DNA of 64,000 nt from Rhizaria sp. SCN 62-66. Its lineage: Eukaryota. Positions 10,701 to 23,672 of the stretch are shown here, piece by piece (the stretch's first letter is position 1; each line of letters starts with the position of its first letter). The stretch lies in the NCBI GenBank assembly GCA_001724265.1, contig MEDY01000104.1, positions 62,001 to 126,000 on the forward strand, given 5' to 3'. The notes beneath the pieces are model-generated. The model was not told the origin of the DNA. It saw nothing but the letters and a program-made list of their open reading frames with translations, and ran no database searches. The position numbers and the translations under genes were made by a program.

Positions 10701-13700
10701 AGCCGCGGCGAGGCGCGTCAACGACTGCTTGCCCGAGCCGCCGAGCCCGACGAGCAGCGCGTTGCCACCCGGCATGCGGAGCACGCGCGCAATGCGCGAG
10801 AGGTGCTCGACGGCGTAGCGGAACATCACCAGCCGCATCGGCTTGGGCGCGAGCTGGTTGAACTCGTCCAGATACGAGGCCCAGAGCGCCTCGGCAGCGG
10901 CAGGCTCGCGTAGCTCCTTGTGGTAGCGCGGGTGGCGCTTCGACACATAGTCGCCCCACATCAGCGAGCGAGCGCCCGCCACCGAGAGGTAGCCGCCGGC
11001 CGTGGCCGCTCTCGCCGTCACGACGGAGGCCGAGGCCGCGCCCGCCGCGGAGTCGCTCACGCTGTTGGAGTTGCTGTTGCCGCCACCGCCGGTGACGGAG
11101 TGGGAGACCGCGGCGTTGGTGATGTGGGGGAAGAGCAGGGGCACCTCGGCGCCGAGCTTCTTCTCGAGCGTCTCCTGCGCCCAGCCCAGGAAGAGCGCCG
11201 AGTCGTCGTCCGACACAAGGCGGTCGCCGAAGACGCGCAGCGCCTCGTGCAGCCAGAGCCGGCTCATGTCGGCGCGCGACTCGACCTCTGCGGGCCGCGA
11301 GAGCAGCACGCCCTGCACCAGACGCGAGAGGTCGCGCAGGTTGAACGTGTAGTGGTCGCGGCCCGGCGTCGGCAGCAGGCGCGCGCGCACAGTGACGTAG
11401 AGCGTCTTGCTGGCGGCCACCAGCGCGTCGGTCATCGCGCGCACGGGCTCAGAGAACTTGAACAGGTCCAGGTGCCAGCCGATGATCTTGGTGAAGATGT
11501 GCGTCAGCGTCGCGTCGCTGAAAGGCGCCACCGACACCTGCGACCAGTGGCGCAGGAAGCGGTCCGACATGGCGTTGCGGCCGCCGCCGGGCGGGCCCAT
11601 CGCGGCCACGAGCTGCACGTCGGCGAGCGTGCGGAACGAGTGCGCGGAGTCGGCCAGGTCGTACCAGCCGCCGTGGTCCAGCAGCTGGCGCAGCAGCTCC
11701 GCGGGCGCCTGCACGCCGTTGGAGTCAGGACGAGGCATGTTGACGTCGTCCAGGAAGATTGGCATGCGGCGCCCGCCCGCGGGGCCGAACACGCCCTTGC
11801 GGCGGCGATCCAGCCGCTGGTCAATCAGGTTCTGCACCTACAGCGGGAGAAAAACAGAGTGAAAACAAAAAGGTGGAGAAAACAGGGGTTTAGAGTTGTT
11901 TGTCGGAAATTAAATAAACAATAAACTATTTCAGGTTAGTAAAACGATGCGATATATCAAACGTAAGACGTACTTGGTTCTGCGAGGTCTGCGCGGAGAA
12001 GTTGGCGATGAGGGGCGCGTAGCGGTCCTTGTCGAGCTTGTTGATGAGCATGTCGAGCACGTACACGGACTTGCCCGTGCCGGTGGGGCCGACAAAGAGA
12101 AGCGGGTGAGCCGAGGCGATGAACATCTTGAGCAGGAAGGAGTAGCGCACGGTGTCGACGGTGGGCACAATGATCTCCTGGAACTTGGCGTCGGCCGGGA
12201 TGGCGAACGGCGCGGCCTCCAACTCCTCGGCCCAGGGCACCCAGCGCGCGCGGTCAACGTCGAAGCCGACGTCAAACACGGAGCCCTTCTTGGGGAAGTT
12301 GACCACAAGCTTGTGCGCGCTGACTTCGCGGAGCAGCTCACGCAGGAAGGCGTCGAACTTGCGGCGCCCGTCCTCGTCCACGCTTGCGCCCACGGACCAT
12401 GTCAGCGCGAACAGGAACGCGCCCTCCACCTTGGCCACCATGTTCGGGTCGTCATCCAGGCCCAGCTCGGCGGGCGCGGACGCGGCGGCAGCGGCGGCGG
12501 CGGCCGCAGCGGCGGCGGCGTTTTCATCGCCACCGGCGGCGGCCGCGGCTGCAGCAGCCGCGGCCGCGGCGGCCGCAGCGGCGTTGGTGCCGGGGTTGAT
12601 GGACACGCGGCGGCTGAGGTTGCCGCTGCTATTCGCGCCGCCGACGCCGGAGCCCGCGGCGAGGGAGCGGCGGCGGCCAAGCGCAGGCCCGTCGGCGGCC
12701 AGCGAGGAGCGGCGGCGCAGCTGGCGCTGGTCTAGCCCCGCGGCGTCGGAACGCTCCTCCTCGCGCTGCACGCGTGCCTGACGCGCGGCTGCGGCCGCGG
12801 GGTCGCGCACGCGCGCGTAGAGCGGCGCCATGACCGAGTCGAAGACGCGAGTGAGCGACGTCACCAGGTTGGCCGCGCACTGCGGCGAATACTGTGCGCA
12901 CCGCTCGCCCGCGGCCGCGCCCGACGACGCGTGCGCGGCAGCGGCGTCGCCCGCGGCGCCCACGGCCCCGCCGGCCGCGCCCGACGAGGCCGTCGAGACA
13001 GAGACAGGGACATCCTTGGCGGTGGAGGTGACGACGCGGAGACACGAGGGCAGCAGCCAGTTGACGAGCGCCTCGACGACCTCGAGCAGTTCGGGCGCGA
13101 ACGGCAGGCGGCGCAGCCAGGACGTCAGCAGCGGGCGCCAGCCCAGCGCCGCGGGCTCGAAGTAGACCATGCCGCAGCGGGAGACAGTGGCGGGCGAGGC
13201 GACGGCGAGGTCGCGGACCTCGAAGAGCACGTTCATGAGCGGGGACATCTGCACGATCTGGCCGGACATGAGGCAGAGCTTCTTGTTGTCGTCGAGCACC
13301 GTGTTCATGTTCTCGATCCACAGCGCGTCGACCGGCCCGTCGAAGAGCAGCCACTGGCGCTTAGCGGCGTCCTCGGCCGTGGCCAGCGCCTTGAACTTGG
13401 TTGCCAGCACACCATCGGACCACTCGTGCGTGGCGGGCGAGAAGGAACCGTAGAGCTGGTCGATGGTCACCGCCTTCGGCGAGATCACGCAGACCTCGGC
13501 GCCGGCCTCTTTCTCGAAGCCCGCAGTGTTGGTCGCACCGCCCGCGGGACCGGCGCCGGAGCGGCGGGAGCCGCCGTGGGCGGCGTTCGCGGCGTTCGCG
13601 GCGTTCGCGGCGTTCGCGGCGCCGAGCGCGTTGAGCGCCGTCTGCAGCGTGCGCCAGGTGGTGCTCTTGCCGGCGAAGGGCAGGCCGACGAGCATGAGGC

Positions 13701-16700
13701 CGTGGCGGTTCAGCACCGTCTCGTAGAGCTGCACGGCCTTGCCCAGCAGCGCGGCCTCGGGCTGCAGCCCCGCGTCCGTGACGGCGCCCACGAGCGCCGA
13801 GAGCAGCGGGCCGTACTCGGGCTCCGCCTGCGCGAGCCCCGGGAAGAGGTCTTTAAGAATGCCCTGGAAGAGCGGCACGTCGTGCTCGAGGAACTTGGGC
13901 AGGTTCACCTCGACGATGGCACGCAAGATGAGCTGGTCCTCGCGCGCGTCGGGCTCCAGCCGCTTGAGGCGCTGCGCCGCCGTGAGCACCGTCTTGACGG
14001 CGCGCATGCCGTAGTCGTAGTGGTCCTGCGAGGAGAGCTGCTCCGAGCAGAGCTTGTACGTGGCGACGATCTTGGTCGCCAGCGGCGCGGCGTCAGAGAA
14101 GCCGAAGGAGAAGAGCGACATCTGCGCGATGAGCGCGTAGTCGGGCACCATCATCGCCACGGGGCGGAACAGCACCTTAAGGTTGTCGGGCAGCTCGGCG
14201 CGACCCGCGTAGCCGGGGTTCATCGTCACGAACACGGCCGCCGAGGGGCAGAGCTTGATCTCGGCGTCCTCGAAGAAGAAGGTCTCAGCCATGCGCTCCT
14301 TGGCAAGCTGGATGGTCAGAATCTGTTGCGCGACGACGGAAAGCACTTCAAGCTGCAGGCGGTTGAACTCGTCGAAACACACCCACGCGCCGCACGACGC
14401 GATGCCCTTGAAGAACTTGCCCATCTGGCGGTAGTCGAGCCCTTCGGAGGCGTTGAAGACGACGCACTGCATGCCGCACGCCTTGGCCAGGTCCTTGGTC
14501 GTCTCGGTCTTGCCCGTGCCGGCGGGGCCCTCTGGCGCGCCGCCCAGATTGAGCTGCAGTGCCATCATGAGCGTGCGGTAGCAGCGGTCCGTGAGCTGCG
14601 TGATGACGAGGCGCGACGAGTTGCCCAGGTACTCGCACCCGTAGTCGATCGTCGTAGTGATCATGCGCACCTTGACGGCCGCGGCCTCCCAGTAGTAGCG
14701 CAGCTGCGAGGCCCACTCGAACGAGCTGGGGTCCGCGGCCTGCTTGTCAATGAGGTCCTGCACCACGTCGCGGTTGTGGACGTCCAGCACCAGCAGCGCG
14801 CCCAGCGTCGTGCGCGCGTTGTCGCTCAGCGGGCCACGCACCTTGACGACGACCTGCTGCAGCTCGGCGTTGAGCCGGTGCAGCAGCGCGCGCAGCGCCT
14901 GCGCGGGCGGCTGCAGCCCCGTGCGGCCGCCCGCGAGCGCCTGCGCCACGGCCTGCGTCCAGAAGATGTTATTGACGGCGAGCACAACCTGGCCGGGCCA
15001 GTCGAGCACCCAGTCGATGCGCGGCACCTGCGAGTAGGCGCGGATGGCCTTGGAGGTCTGGTCCAGCACCGTGTCACGCATCGCTGCCTCGAAGTCGCGC
15101 AGCCAGCGCTCGACGAGCCCGCGCGACTCGGCGGGGTTGACGACCGAGGTGAGCTCGACGTGCTCGCCTTCGCTGGACCGCATCGCCGTGATGTCGAGGT
15201 TGTCGCGGAACTCGAGCCGGTCCACGCCCTCGAAGCACTTCTTCAGGTGCGGCTGCACACGCAGAGGGTCGCGCGTCTCGGACACGATCTCCAGCAGGTC
15301 CTCGTTGGACAGGAAGTAGAAACGTGGGAAGAAGCGCCGCTTGGACTCCAAGTAGGCGTTGAGCCCTGCGTGGATGACCTCGAGGTGGCCCTTGGCCTCG
15401 CGCAGCACCGAGAGTACCTGCGGGATCGCAGTCACGGCGCGCACGCGCAGGTCCGCGCCGGCGTCGGCGACGAGCTTGCGCCAGGCGGCGTCGACGAGGC
15501 GGAACAGGTGGCCCTCCTCGGGCATCGCCTTGGCGATGTCGTCCGACTCAAACACGGGCTCCAGGTAGACCCAGTCGGCCTGCACCGAGACCCAGACCGT
15601 GAGCAGCTGCTGCGTAGCCAGCAGCCACGCCTCCCACTCGGCCAGGTCCGCCGCGAAGGGCCGCGCGAAGGAGGAGCCCTTGACGGTCTGCGTCTTGACC
15701 AGGTGGTCGTCGAGCAGCGCCTGGACCTCCTCGACCGAGTCGGGGTGCAGCACCGACGAGCCCGAGTCACGGTGGCGACGCAGCGCCAGCGCCACGTCGC
15801 GCCAGTCGCTCTTCATCGTGTCGAGCAAGCGGCCGATGACGTGCTCCTTGGCGGCCGCCTCGGAGATTTCGGTCAGCTCGGTGAGGTGCTGGTCGACGCC
15901 GATGTCAAGCACCTTGGCCAGCGACAGGTGCGCCGCGCCCGCCGCGGGGCCCGCCGCGCCGCCGCGGTCCGGCCGCAGGTCGAAGCCCACCGTGTCGGAC
16001 ACGCGGTCCCAGTGCCGGTCGCGCATGCCCGGGTTGCACAGCACCTGGAGCAGCGGCACCAGCGGCTTGAACGCCACCAGGTCACGCCGCAGGTTCTCCG
16101 CGATCGTCGACGGCGTCACCTCGGCGGCGGCCGCGGGGGCCGGGGGCGCGGGGACGAGGTCCGCGAGCGTGGCCATAAGCTGCGTGGCCGTCTGCAGCAT
16201 GTCGCCCACCGTCTTCTCCACGGCCGGCGCGTCGAGGCGAAACACGTAGCCCTTGAGCCAGTGGTTGTGCTGCTTGGTGAAGTCAGCGTATAGCGTCCAC
16301 AGCGCCTCATAGGGCCGCAGGCGCTCCTTGGTCTGCTCCAGCAGCGTGAAAGAGGTCACCTGCAGGTTCAGCAGCGTCTCATGCTCCTGGATGGCGGCGG
16401 CCTCGTCCTCGGCCTGGTCCAGCGCGTCGCGCAGCAGCGCCAGGCGCGAGAGGTACTCGTGCACGCGCTTGGTGTCGACGCACGCATCGTACTGACCCGC
16501 CTGTGCGCGGTACTGTTCCAGCGCGCGGAAGAAGCCTGCGCGGCGGTCCTTGAGCTGTGCCTCCATGCGCGCGCGCTCCGAGTCGAGCAGGTTCTCGCTC
16601 TCCTGCACGAGCTGCGGCACCTGCAGCAACCAGCGCCACGTCGCGCCCGTCTCGGCCAGCAGGTCCTTGGAGACGACGAACCGCAGCGCGGGCTCGAACA

Positions 16701-19700
16701 GGAACAACACCTGCTCGCGCAGCGCAGCGCACTCGCGCTCCAGCGCGCCGCGCTCGTGGTCGTTGAACTGCTGCAGCCGGCGGTCCAGCGCGCGCAGCTC
16801 CTTGGTCGTCGCGGGCCGCCGCAGCAGCGCCGCGCGGACCTCGCCGAAGCGCTCCGTGAGCGCGGCGTTGCGGGCCATGATGCGCGCAACGAGATGCGCC
16901 AGCACCTGCGCGGCGAGATCCTCCGCGCACTGCACGAGCGCGGCGTTGACCTGGCGGCAGTCGATGGCGAACATGACGGCGCGCACGTGCGGCGGCGCCT
17001 GGCTGGCGAGCGCGTCGGCAGTGGCGCGGTGGCGCAGCACCTCGGCGCGGTACTCGTCCAGCGAGCGCGGCTGCGCCAGCCACTGCTCAAGCCGCGCGCG
17101 GTGGTCCAGCAGCGGCGCGTGCGCGTCGTAAAGAGCGAGCAGGCGCGCGCACTCGCGCGTCGACCGGCTCAGCACCAGCGCCAGGTCGCGCCGCAGCGCC
17201 GCGATGTGCGGGCCGGGCAACACCTCGCCGCGCTCGGCGCGCGTGCCCACCGACAGGCAGCGGTCGCCGTCGAGCAGCGGGAAGATCTTGCTCTCGACGC
17301 GCGGGATGTCGCGCAGCCCGCCGACGAGGGCGTCGAAGGCGCGCAGCGCCGTCTTGTCCACGTTAGCCAGCGCGACGTCGAGCGCGACGCGCGGTGAGCC
17401 CTTGACGGCGCGCACCTCGAGGCGCTGCGCAAGCGCGGGCCGCGGGTAGTTGCACAGGCGGTTGCGCGCGTCCTCGGCCGAGCAGCGCGCGTACGCCTTG
17501 CCCTGCGCCACGGCGGCGGCGCGCGACGCGGCTTCCCAGGCGGCCACGGCGGCGGGCGACGCGCCGGGCGCGGGCGGCGGCGGCGGCGCGGCGACGGGCA
17601 CCGCGGCCTCGGCGGCGGGGTCGCGGCGCACCCACATGGCGTGCGCGATGCCCGTGAGCGCCTGCTCAGGGCCCGCCATCTGGATCGCGGGGGCGTTGGC
17701 GTACTGCACAAAGAAGGCGTGAAAAGCCGCCGCCGAGCGGTGCATCACGGAGCGGAGCTGGATGGTCATGAGCGAGGCCACGGCCTCGAAGAGCCGGCCC
17801 GAGTTGGCATCGGTGAGCGCGTGCGCCTTGGCGTAGCGGCGCAGCGCCTGCTCGCATTCGTCCGCCCACTGCGTCGCGAAGACCTTGTGCACCTTGGCCA
17901 GGTGGCGGCGCTGGCGCGCCTCGAAGGCGTCGAGCGAGAGCGGCAGCTCCGAGGCCGCGGGCAGGTCGAAGAGCAGCACGTCGCGGTACTTGCCCCAGAC
18001 CTGCAGCAGCTCCAGCACGGCCGCGTTGTTGGTGTGCAGCGCGCGCGACAGTGACACGAACGAGCTCTGGATCGAGCGCCGCCACGCCAGCGGCGGCTGC
18101 GGCGGCGGCGGCGCTGAGCCCCACGCCAGCGCGCGCGCGGCGGCGGGCGGCGGGTAGGGGATGCCCAGACGCGCGCGCTCGGCCGGATTCAGCAGCACGT
18201 AGTCGAGGATGGCGCGCTTGACGGCGCGCGCGTGGTCCTCCTTGACCTCGAGCAGCAGCGCGCGGATCGCGGCCTCGACCGCGGCGGGCGGCAGCGCGCC
18301 CACGCGCGCGCACAGCAGGCGCAGCGCGTGGCGCACCAGCTCCTCCTTGATCGGTGCCACGGCGTCGGCGGGCAGCGCGCGGTCCACGTAGGCCTCGTAG
18401 CGCAGCCAGGACCGCGCAAGCACTTGCTGCTCGTCCACCAGCGGGCCCGTCGACGAGACAGCGCCGCGCGGCGACAGCATAAAGGCGGCCGCGGCGCTGC
18501 CGGACTCGACCAGCGCGCCCGCGCCAGTGCCGGTCTTGCTGCCGCTGCCGTTGCCGTTGCTGTGGAAGATGGGTCCGCCCGCGGCGGCGTTGGCGAGCGC
18601 GGTGCGCGCAAGCGCGAGCGTCTCTGCGTCGCTGCCGAGTCCCTGGCGTACGGCCGCGGACACAGCCAGCGTCTCGGCCCAGCCAGGCTGCCGCCGCAGG
18701 CCCTCCAGCCCGGCGCCGCTGCTGGCGCCGCTGCTGCTGGCGGCAGTGCCGCTGAGCGCGTTGGCCAGGAGGCCGGTCTTGGGGTCCAACGCCCAGCCGG
18801 CGGCCTCGGGGCTGTAGTTGCTGGCCACGCGGGCCGAGGGCGGCGCGAAGGCGCGTGTGCTGGAGACCGTCGCGGCGCGGGTGCGCGCAAAGCAGTCCAG
18901 CACTGGCGGCATGTTCCCGCCGCCGCCGCTGCTAGCGCTGCCACTCATCGCAGCGCCGCTGCTGTTGCCGCCGCCGGCGGCGCCGGTGGTGGAGAGGAGG
19001 CTTGCGCGGGCCTGGAGCGCGGCGAGCGAGGCGGGCGGCGGCGCGGGGCAGCCGGCGGGGTCTGCGCCGGGCCCCGGCAGCGCGCCCGCCTCGTGCAGCG
19101 TCTGCAGCGCCAGCGGTGGCAGCATCGCGCCGGGCGGCTGTTGCGCCGCCGCCGCGCCCGTGGCCGTGGCGGGGGAGAGCAGCGCGCCGTCGAGCAGCCC
19201 CGCAGCGGCCGCGGCCGAGGGCGTCGTGCCCGGCGGCAGCAGCCCCGAGCGTGCGAGCTCCAGCGTCGCGCGGATCGTGTCCAGCGGCGCCGCGCCGCGC
19301 AGCTTGCGCGCGAACTGCGCCGCCGTCGCCGTGGGCAGCGCGTCGGGCCCGCGAGGCGTGCCGTTGCCGCTGCCGGTGGCGCTGGCGTTGAAGCCGGCCG
19401 AGGACGAGGCCAGGAAGATAGGTGCGTCGGGGGCGCTGCCGCCGCCGACAGCGCCGCCGCCGACAGCGCCAGAGCGCGCGAGGCGGGCTGACACGGCGGG
19501 CAGCGAGAAGTTGCCGAGCGTGCCCGTGTGGGGGTGCGCGGCGTCCGGCTTGCGCGGCGAGAGCGCGTACTGCTTGCGCAGCGTGCGCATCGCGCTGTCC
19601 ACGGCGCCAGGGCCCGGCGCGGCGCCGGAGGCGGAGCCGGAGCCGGCGGCAGAGGCGGAGGCCGAGGCCTCGGGGTTCGCCCAGCGGCCGGGGGTGGCGG

Positions 19701-20559
19701 CAGAGGCGGACTGTGTGAGAATTACGCAAAGATAGAACACAGAATAAGAAATTAGCGAGATATAGAACGGAATATAAGATTATCATTAATATTTGACACT
19801 TTTGCTCTCAAATGAGTCGAATTGGTCGAGATATCGACAGTGACGTAAAGAGAGAGAAACGATCGTTGCAACAGCTGCTATGGCGTTAATAAGACGTACA
19901 TTGTTAGAGGCTCCGTCGCTGGCGTCACCGAAGGACTCGTAGAAGGAGAACTGCACGACGTTGTCCGCGCCGGTGAGCGCGCCAACGCCCATGTCGATGT
20001 GGACGGTCTCCCCGGCCGCGAGGACCTCGCCGAGGCGCTTGCAGAGGTGCGCCATCGCGGTGCGGAACGTCAGCGACTCGCAGCCGGCCATCTTCGACAG
20101 CGTCAGCAGGTTCATGCGCTGCGCAGAGACGTCGTGCGACACCAGCACCGGCGCGTCGGAATCCGCCTGCTGCAGCGAAAACTGTTCCAGGAAGGCCTGG
20201 TAGAAACGGAACGTAGGCACCAGCGCGCCAGAGGCAGCGTTGTTGCCAGTGGTGGCGCCAGCGCGGCCCGCGCGGCCGGGCGTCTTGATGGCAGCGCCTG
20301 AGTCGGCGGAGGCGCTAGCCTGGCGCGCAAAGGAGATGATGCCGATGGGCGCGAGGTTGCAGGAGTTGGTGGCCTTGTACTGGGACGCGATCCAGTACAC
20401 GAAAGCCTGCCAACACGCAGCGTACGTCTTGCCGTTGATCAGGTGAACCAACTGCACGGCGCCGCTAGGGGCTGTGATGTATCGGCCCACGCAGTCCGGG
20501 ATCAAAGACTCGGCTGTGTAGGCGGTGGGCGGCATGCCGCCCGCGGTCGCTGAGCTCAT
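4770..20559 (-). CDS. Axonemal dynein heavy chain, inner-arm DNAH3/7/12-like, with N-terminal CCDC81-type HU module (~5,154 aa)
   Basis: Exons 20559-19900, 19710-11974, 11837-4770; introns 19899-19711 and 11973-11838 are GTACGT..AG, phase 0. P-loops GPAGTGKTET, GLPFAGKST, GPTGTGKS, GLGGSGKQS; FPRFYFLSNEDLL linker, CFDEFNR, QDHYDYGMRAVK, WVLLQNCHLA, YGGRVTD, C-terminal TTGHSTNFV...WIRRGVAL. Confidence 0.96.
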
Positions 20560-21744
20560 GCGTCGCGGCGAAGCGAGAAGAGAGGAGCGAGACGCAGCTA
20601 AACGGGGGACTCAAGAGAGTGACAAAAAATAGCTTCGAGCGAAGGAAGAAAAGGGTTTCTTTTGCTGCGGTTTAAAAAAGTAAAGATAATATGTAAGTAA
20701 ACGTCCAAAACTTTTAAACAACATTGGAATAGCCATGCATTGATGCACACAATCACGATAAAGACCGATCTTGAGGTAGGGGCAGAAACGGTCATCCGAT
20801 GACCGTGGGAGGTGGCCGAGTTAGAATCGCCTACCAAGGTGTGCCTAGCGGCACTCCTTTGAAGGCTTATCGAAAGCAAAACAACTAGATATATCCTTCA
20901 AAGCTTTGTTTTCTCACTGAAGCAGGGCTGGTGTTAATGGAATAACTATTCAATTCTTATCTTGACTTGATTGTCACGGTTTAAACCGTCTCCCTGACGT
21001 TGCTCCAACGGCAGTTTCACCGTCCAAAGTCGTCATTTAGCTGGCTTTCAGGAATTCAATGGTCTTGATTTGAAAATTAAGCACGAGATTATGGTGCGGC
21101 AGTATGTATTATCTACGTATGCCAAGCGTGCTTTTGTATATCACTATTTATTTCAGTGAAATCCTTGCCTCAATTGCGGCATTGCACGGACACAACTCGT
21201 CGTTGTTTCTGCCGCCGCGGTCTCAGAAGGTGTGACACCGTGATGCGTAAGAGCTTTCGTTATGCCCCCATTATGGTAGAGCATGTTTTGTACATTCAGT
21301 TTAGTGATAATTTGTTACTGCTAATTGTGGCTATGAGCTAGAGCTGTCGTGATCCTTGGAGCCCCTGTAATCAGAACCAGCTCAGAGAGAAAGTTTGACG
21401 CCAATACATCATTACATCAAGTCTCGTATAATATGTACGTCTGATATAGTGCAACCCATTGTATGGCTGCACTCTTGAAAGCGTCTATTCTGACATCAAT
21501 AACTGTCTTGTCGGTCTGGCATGAGTGATTTGTCGTTTTAACCCCTCGCTGAGCGTTTTCCACTTTGGTGCTTGTGGTGGTTATCAAAACCTCATTGTAG
21601 AGACAAACTCGAACGTCATTTTGCTCTTTACGCCTTACTACCCAATATCACAAATTGTTTTATCTATTTTCTTTTTATTAAACGTTCTAACTTTTTCATT
21701 TCATCTATCTATCGTTACTTTTCGTTCGCCCAGCGCTGGTTAAC

Positions 21745-22755
21745 ATGGGTGGCGGTCCTTCTCTTCCCAAAACTACCTGGCACAAGCACGCCTACGAGGT
21801 CATCAGTCAAGAGTACGTCTTGACACTGCGCATCTTGCACTACTATATCGATATCCACTCAACTATATTGATTCACACCTCAACAGCACCTCAGAGCCAC
21901 ACTTGAACGGTGCTCTCCACTTCTGCGCTGCTTATCTCACTTCCTTTGTTTCACCCTCTTTATCCGCCCCATTTCCTTTTTGTGCCGCGCCGCAGGTCGA
22001 TGTTCACCGAGGCAGAGACTTACTCTCTGATTCGGCGCTTTTGCGCGTTCCTGGACCGCCAGCAGTGCACGCTGGAGGACTCTGTGCGCGCGGACCGGCT
22101 GCGCGAGCTTCCCGAGATCAAGAACCACCCGCTGCGCGACCGCATCCTCTACGTACGTGCGAATATCAAGGCGAAACAATGTTTATGAAGTATTTCATTT
22201 GGCAAGAGCTTTCCACGGTTTGTCTTTGTGTCGTCATAGATTGCCTAAGCACCTCACATTGTCAATCTGACTCACCTTCACTGTTACTCGCCACTGCACG
22301 CACGCGCATCGAACACTCACACACAGACATACTCTGTGCCGATCAGCGGCGACGCCAAGGCCGCGGTGCTCAAGGACCCGACGGTGCAGTCGCTGATTAG
22401 AGCGTGTCAGTCTCTGTCGACGCGCACCATCTCGTGCCACGACTACCTGCGTATGCTGGCGGCCTTCCACCGCCGCGCGACCTTCGACATGAAGGCCTCC
22501 GCCGCGTTCCGGCTCTACGACTTCACGGGCGACGACTACATCACGGCGCTGGACCTGCGCGCGCTGCTGGCCATGGCCGTGGGGCCCAGCGTGATGGCGC
22601 ACGAGCTCGACTCGGTCGCGCAGCAGATGCTCCGCGAGGCCGACGTCGACGGCAACTCGGAGCTCTCGCAGGAGGAGTTCAAGCGCATCCTCAAGCGCAT
22701 GCCCGACTTTGTGCCCAGGTTCTCCTTCGCGATCGACTTCCCCTCCTTCTCATGA
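21745..22755 (+). CDS. CIB/calcineurin-B-like EF-hand protein (217 aa), probably N-myristoylated
   Basis: Exons 21745-21812, 21996-22152, 22327-22755 (GTACGT donors, CAG acceptors, frame conserved). MG start, LPEIKNHPLRDRI motif, EF loops DFTGDDYITALD and DVDGNSELSQEE, C-terminal PDFVPRFSF like CIB proteins. Confidence 0.85.
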
Positions 22756-23672
22756 GCGAGCCGGCTGCAAATGTACCGGGGGTTGAAACCATGTTGACAC
22801 CGGCGACTCGTACGTGGTAACGACTCGTGACTCGTGACTCGTGACGAGGAGTACTGAGTGGCTGAAAACCCGCGACAGCGAGCGGACGGCACATGCTGTC
22901 GAGTGAGTGCGTGAGAAAAAGGGCCAGAGCTATAGCTTTTGAAGAAGAGCTGTTGCAACTGCTCTGTCTTCCAAACTTTAGCTCTTGTTTTCTTTGTTTC
23001 TCTGTTTCTTTACTCTCATCTTTTTGCTTCGGCGAGAGCTGTGGTGATTTCACACGTGAACTATGCGTGGCTGTGTGACTGTTTCTTTGTTTGTGCTTGT
23101 TTTGTGCTGCAATCGTGCTTGATATTTTTGCTCATAATCACCACGATAGCGTTTTGCTGCCGTCAGCTACTGTAACTGCTGTCAATCGAAGCGTGACTAT
23201 GATTATCTCGTCTCATTCTAGGATTATTGATCCATTAATTTTCGTTGATTCCACTGTTTCTTTTCTCAAATCAATCATAACTTTCATCTTCTGTGCTACA
23301 CTCGTAGCTTGTTGCGTCAACACACCGCAACAGCACGACGACAACGAAGACGATCTCAGCTCAAAACACACAAATGCAGTATCTACTCTTAAACACAGCG
23401 CATTACAGCTACTACACAAAGTTAAGGCGTTGTTTTTCTTTTGTTCTAATACATTATGTATGTATGAATACTTACTATAGTTAACTAGTAATAATATTGC
23501 CGATAATACTCCTCTGCTTGTGGTGATAAGTACTAACAAAAAGTTTGTTGTTGCTCCTATTTTTTCATTCGCTGTCAAAAATAAAAATAAAATATTTACA
23601 CAAAAAATAGACACAGAATTAACCAAAACTAAAACTCCACCCCTACTGTTCCTTGTCGGGGAAGAGGTCAAC

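Noticed and set aside
12931-16293. Long antisense and alternate-frame ORFs (e.g. 1120 aa here, 7308-9926, 28619-30688, 50806-53397, 23520-25406)
   Set aside because: Expected shadows of GC-rich coding sequence on the opposite strand; no recognisable motifs.
19786-20559. Stand-alone 257-aa gene
   Set aside because: Its last 37 codons are AT-rich intron sequence beginning GTACGT; better explained as dynein exon 1.
22822-22845. Short tandem repeats (CTCGTGA x3 here; GCACTC-type at 1147-1185) as CRISPR-like or telomeric arrays
   Set aside because: Simple slippage repeats with no spacers; too few units.
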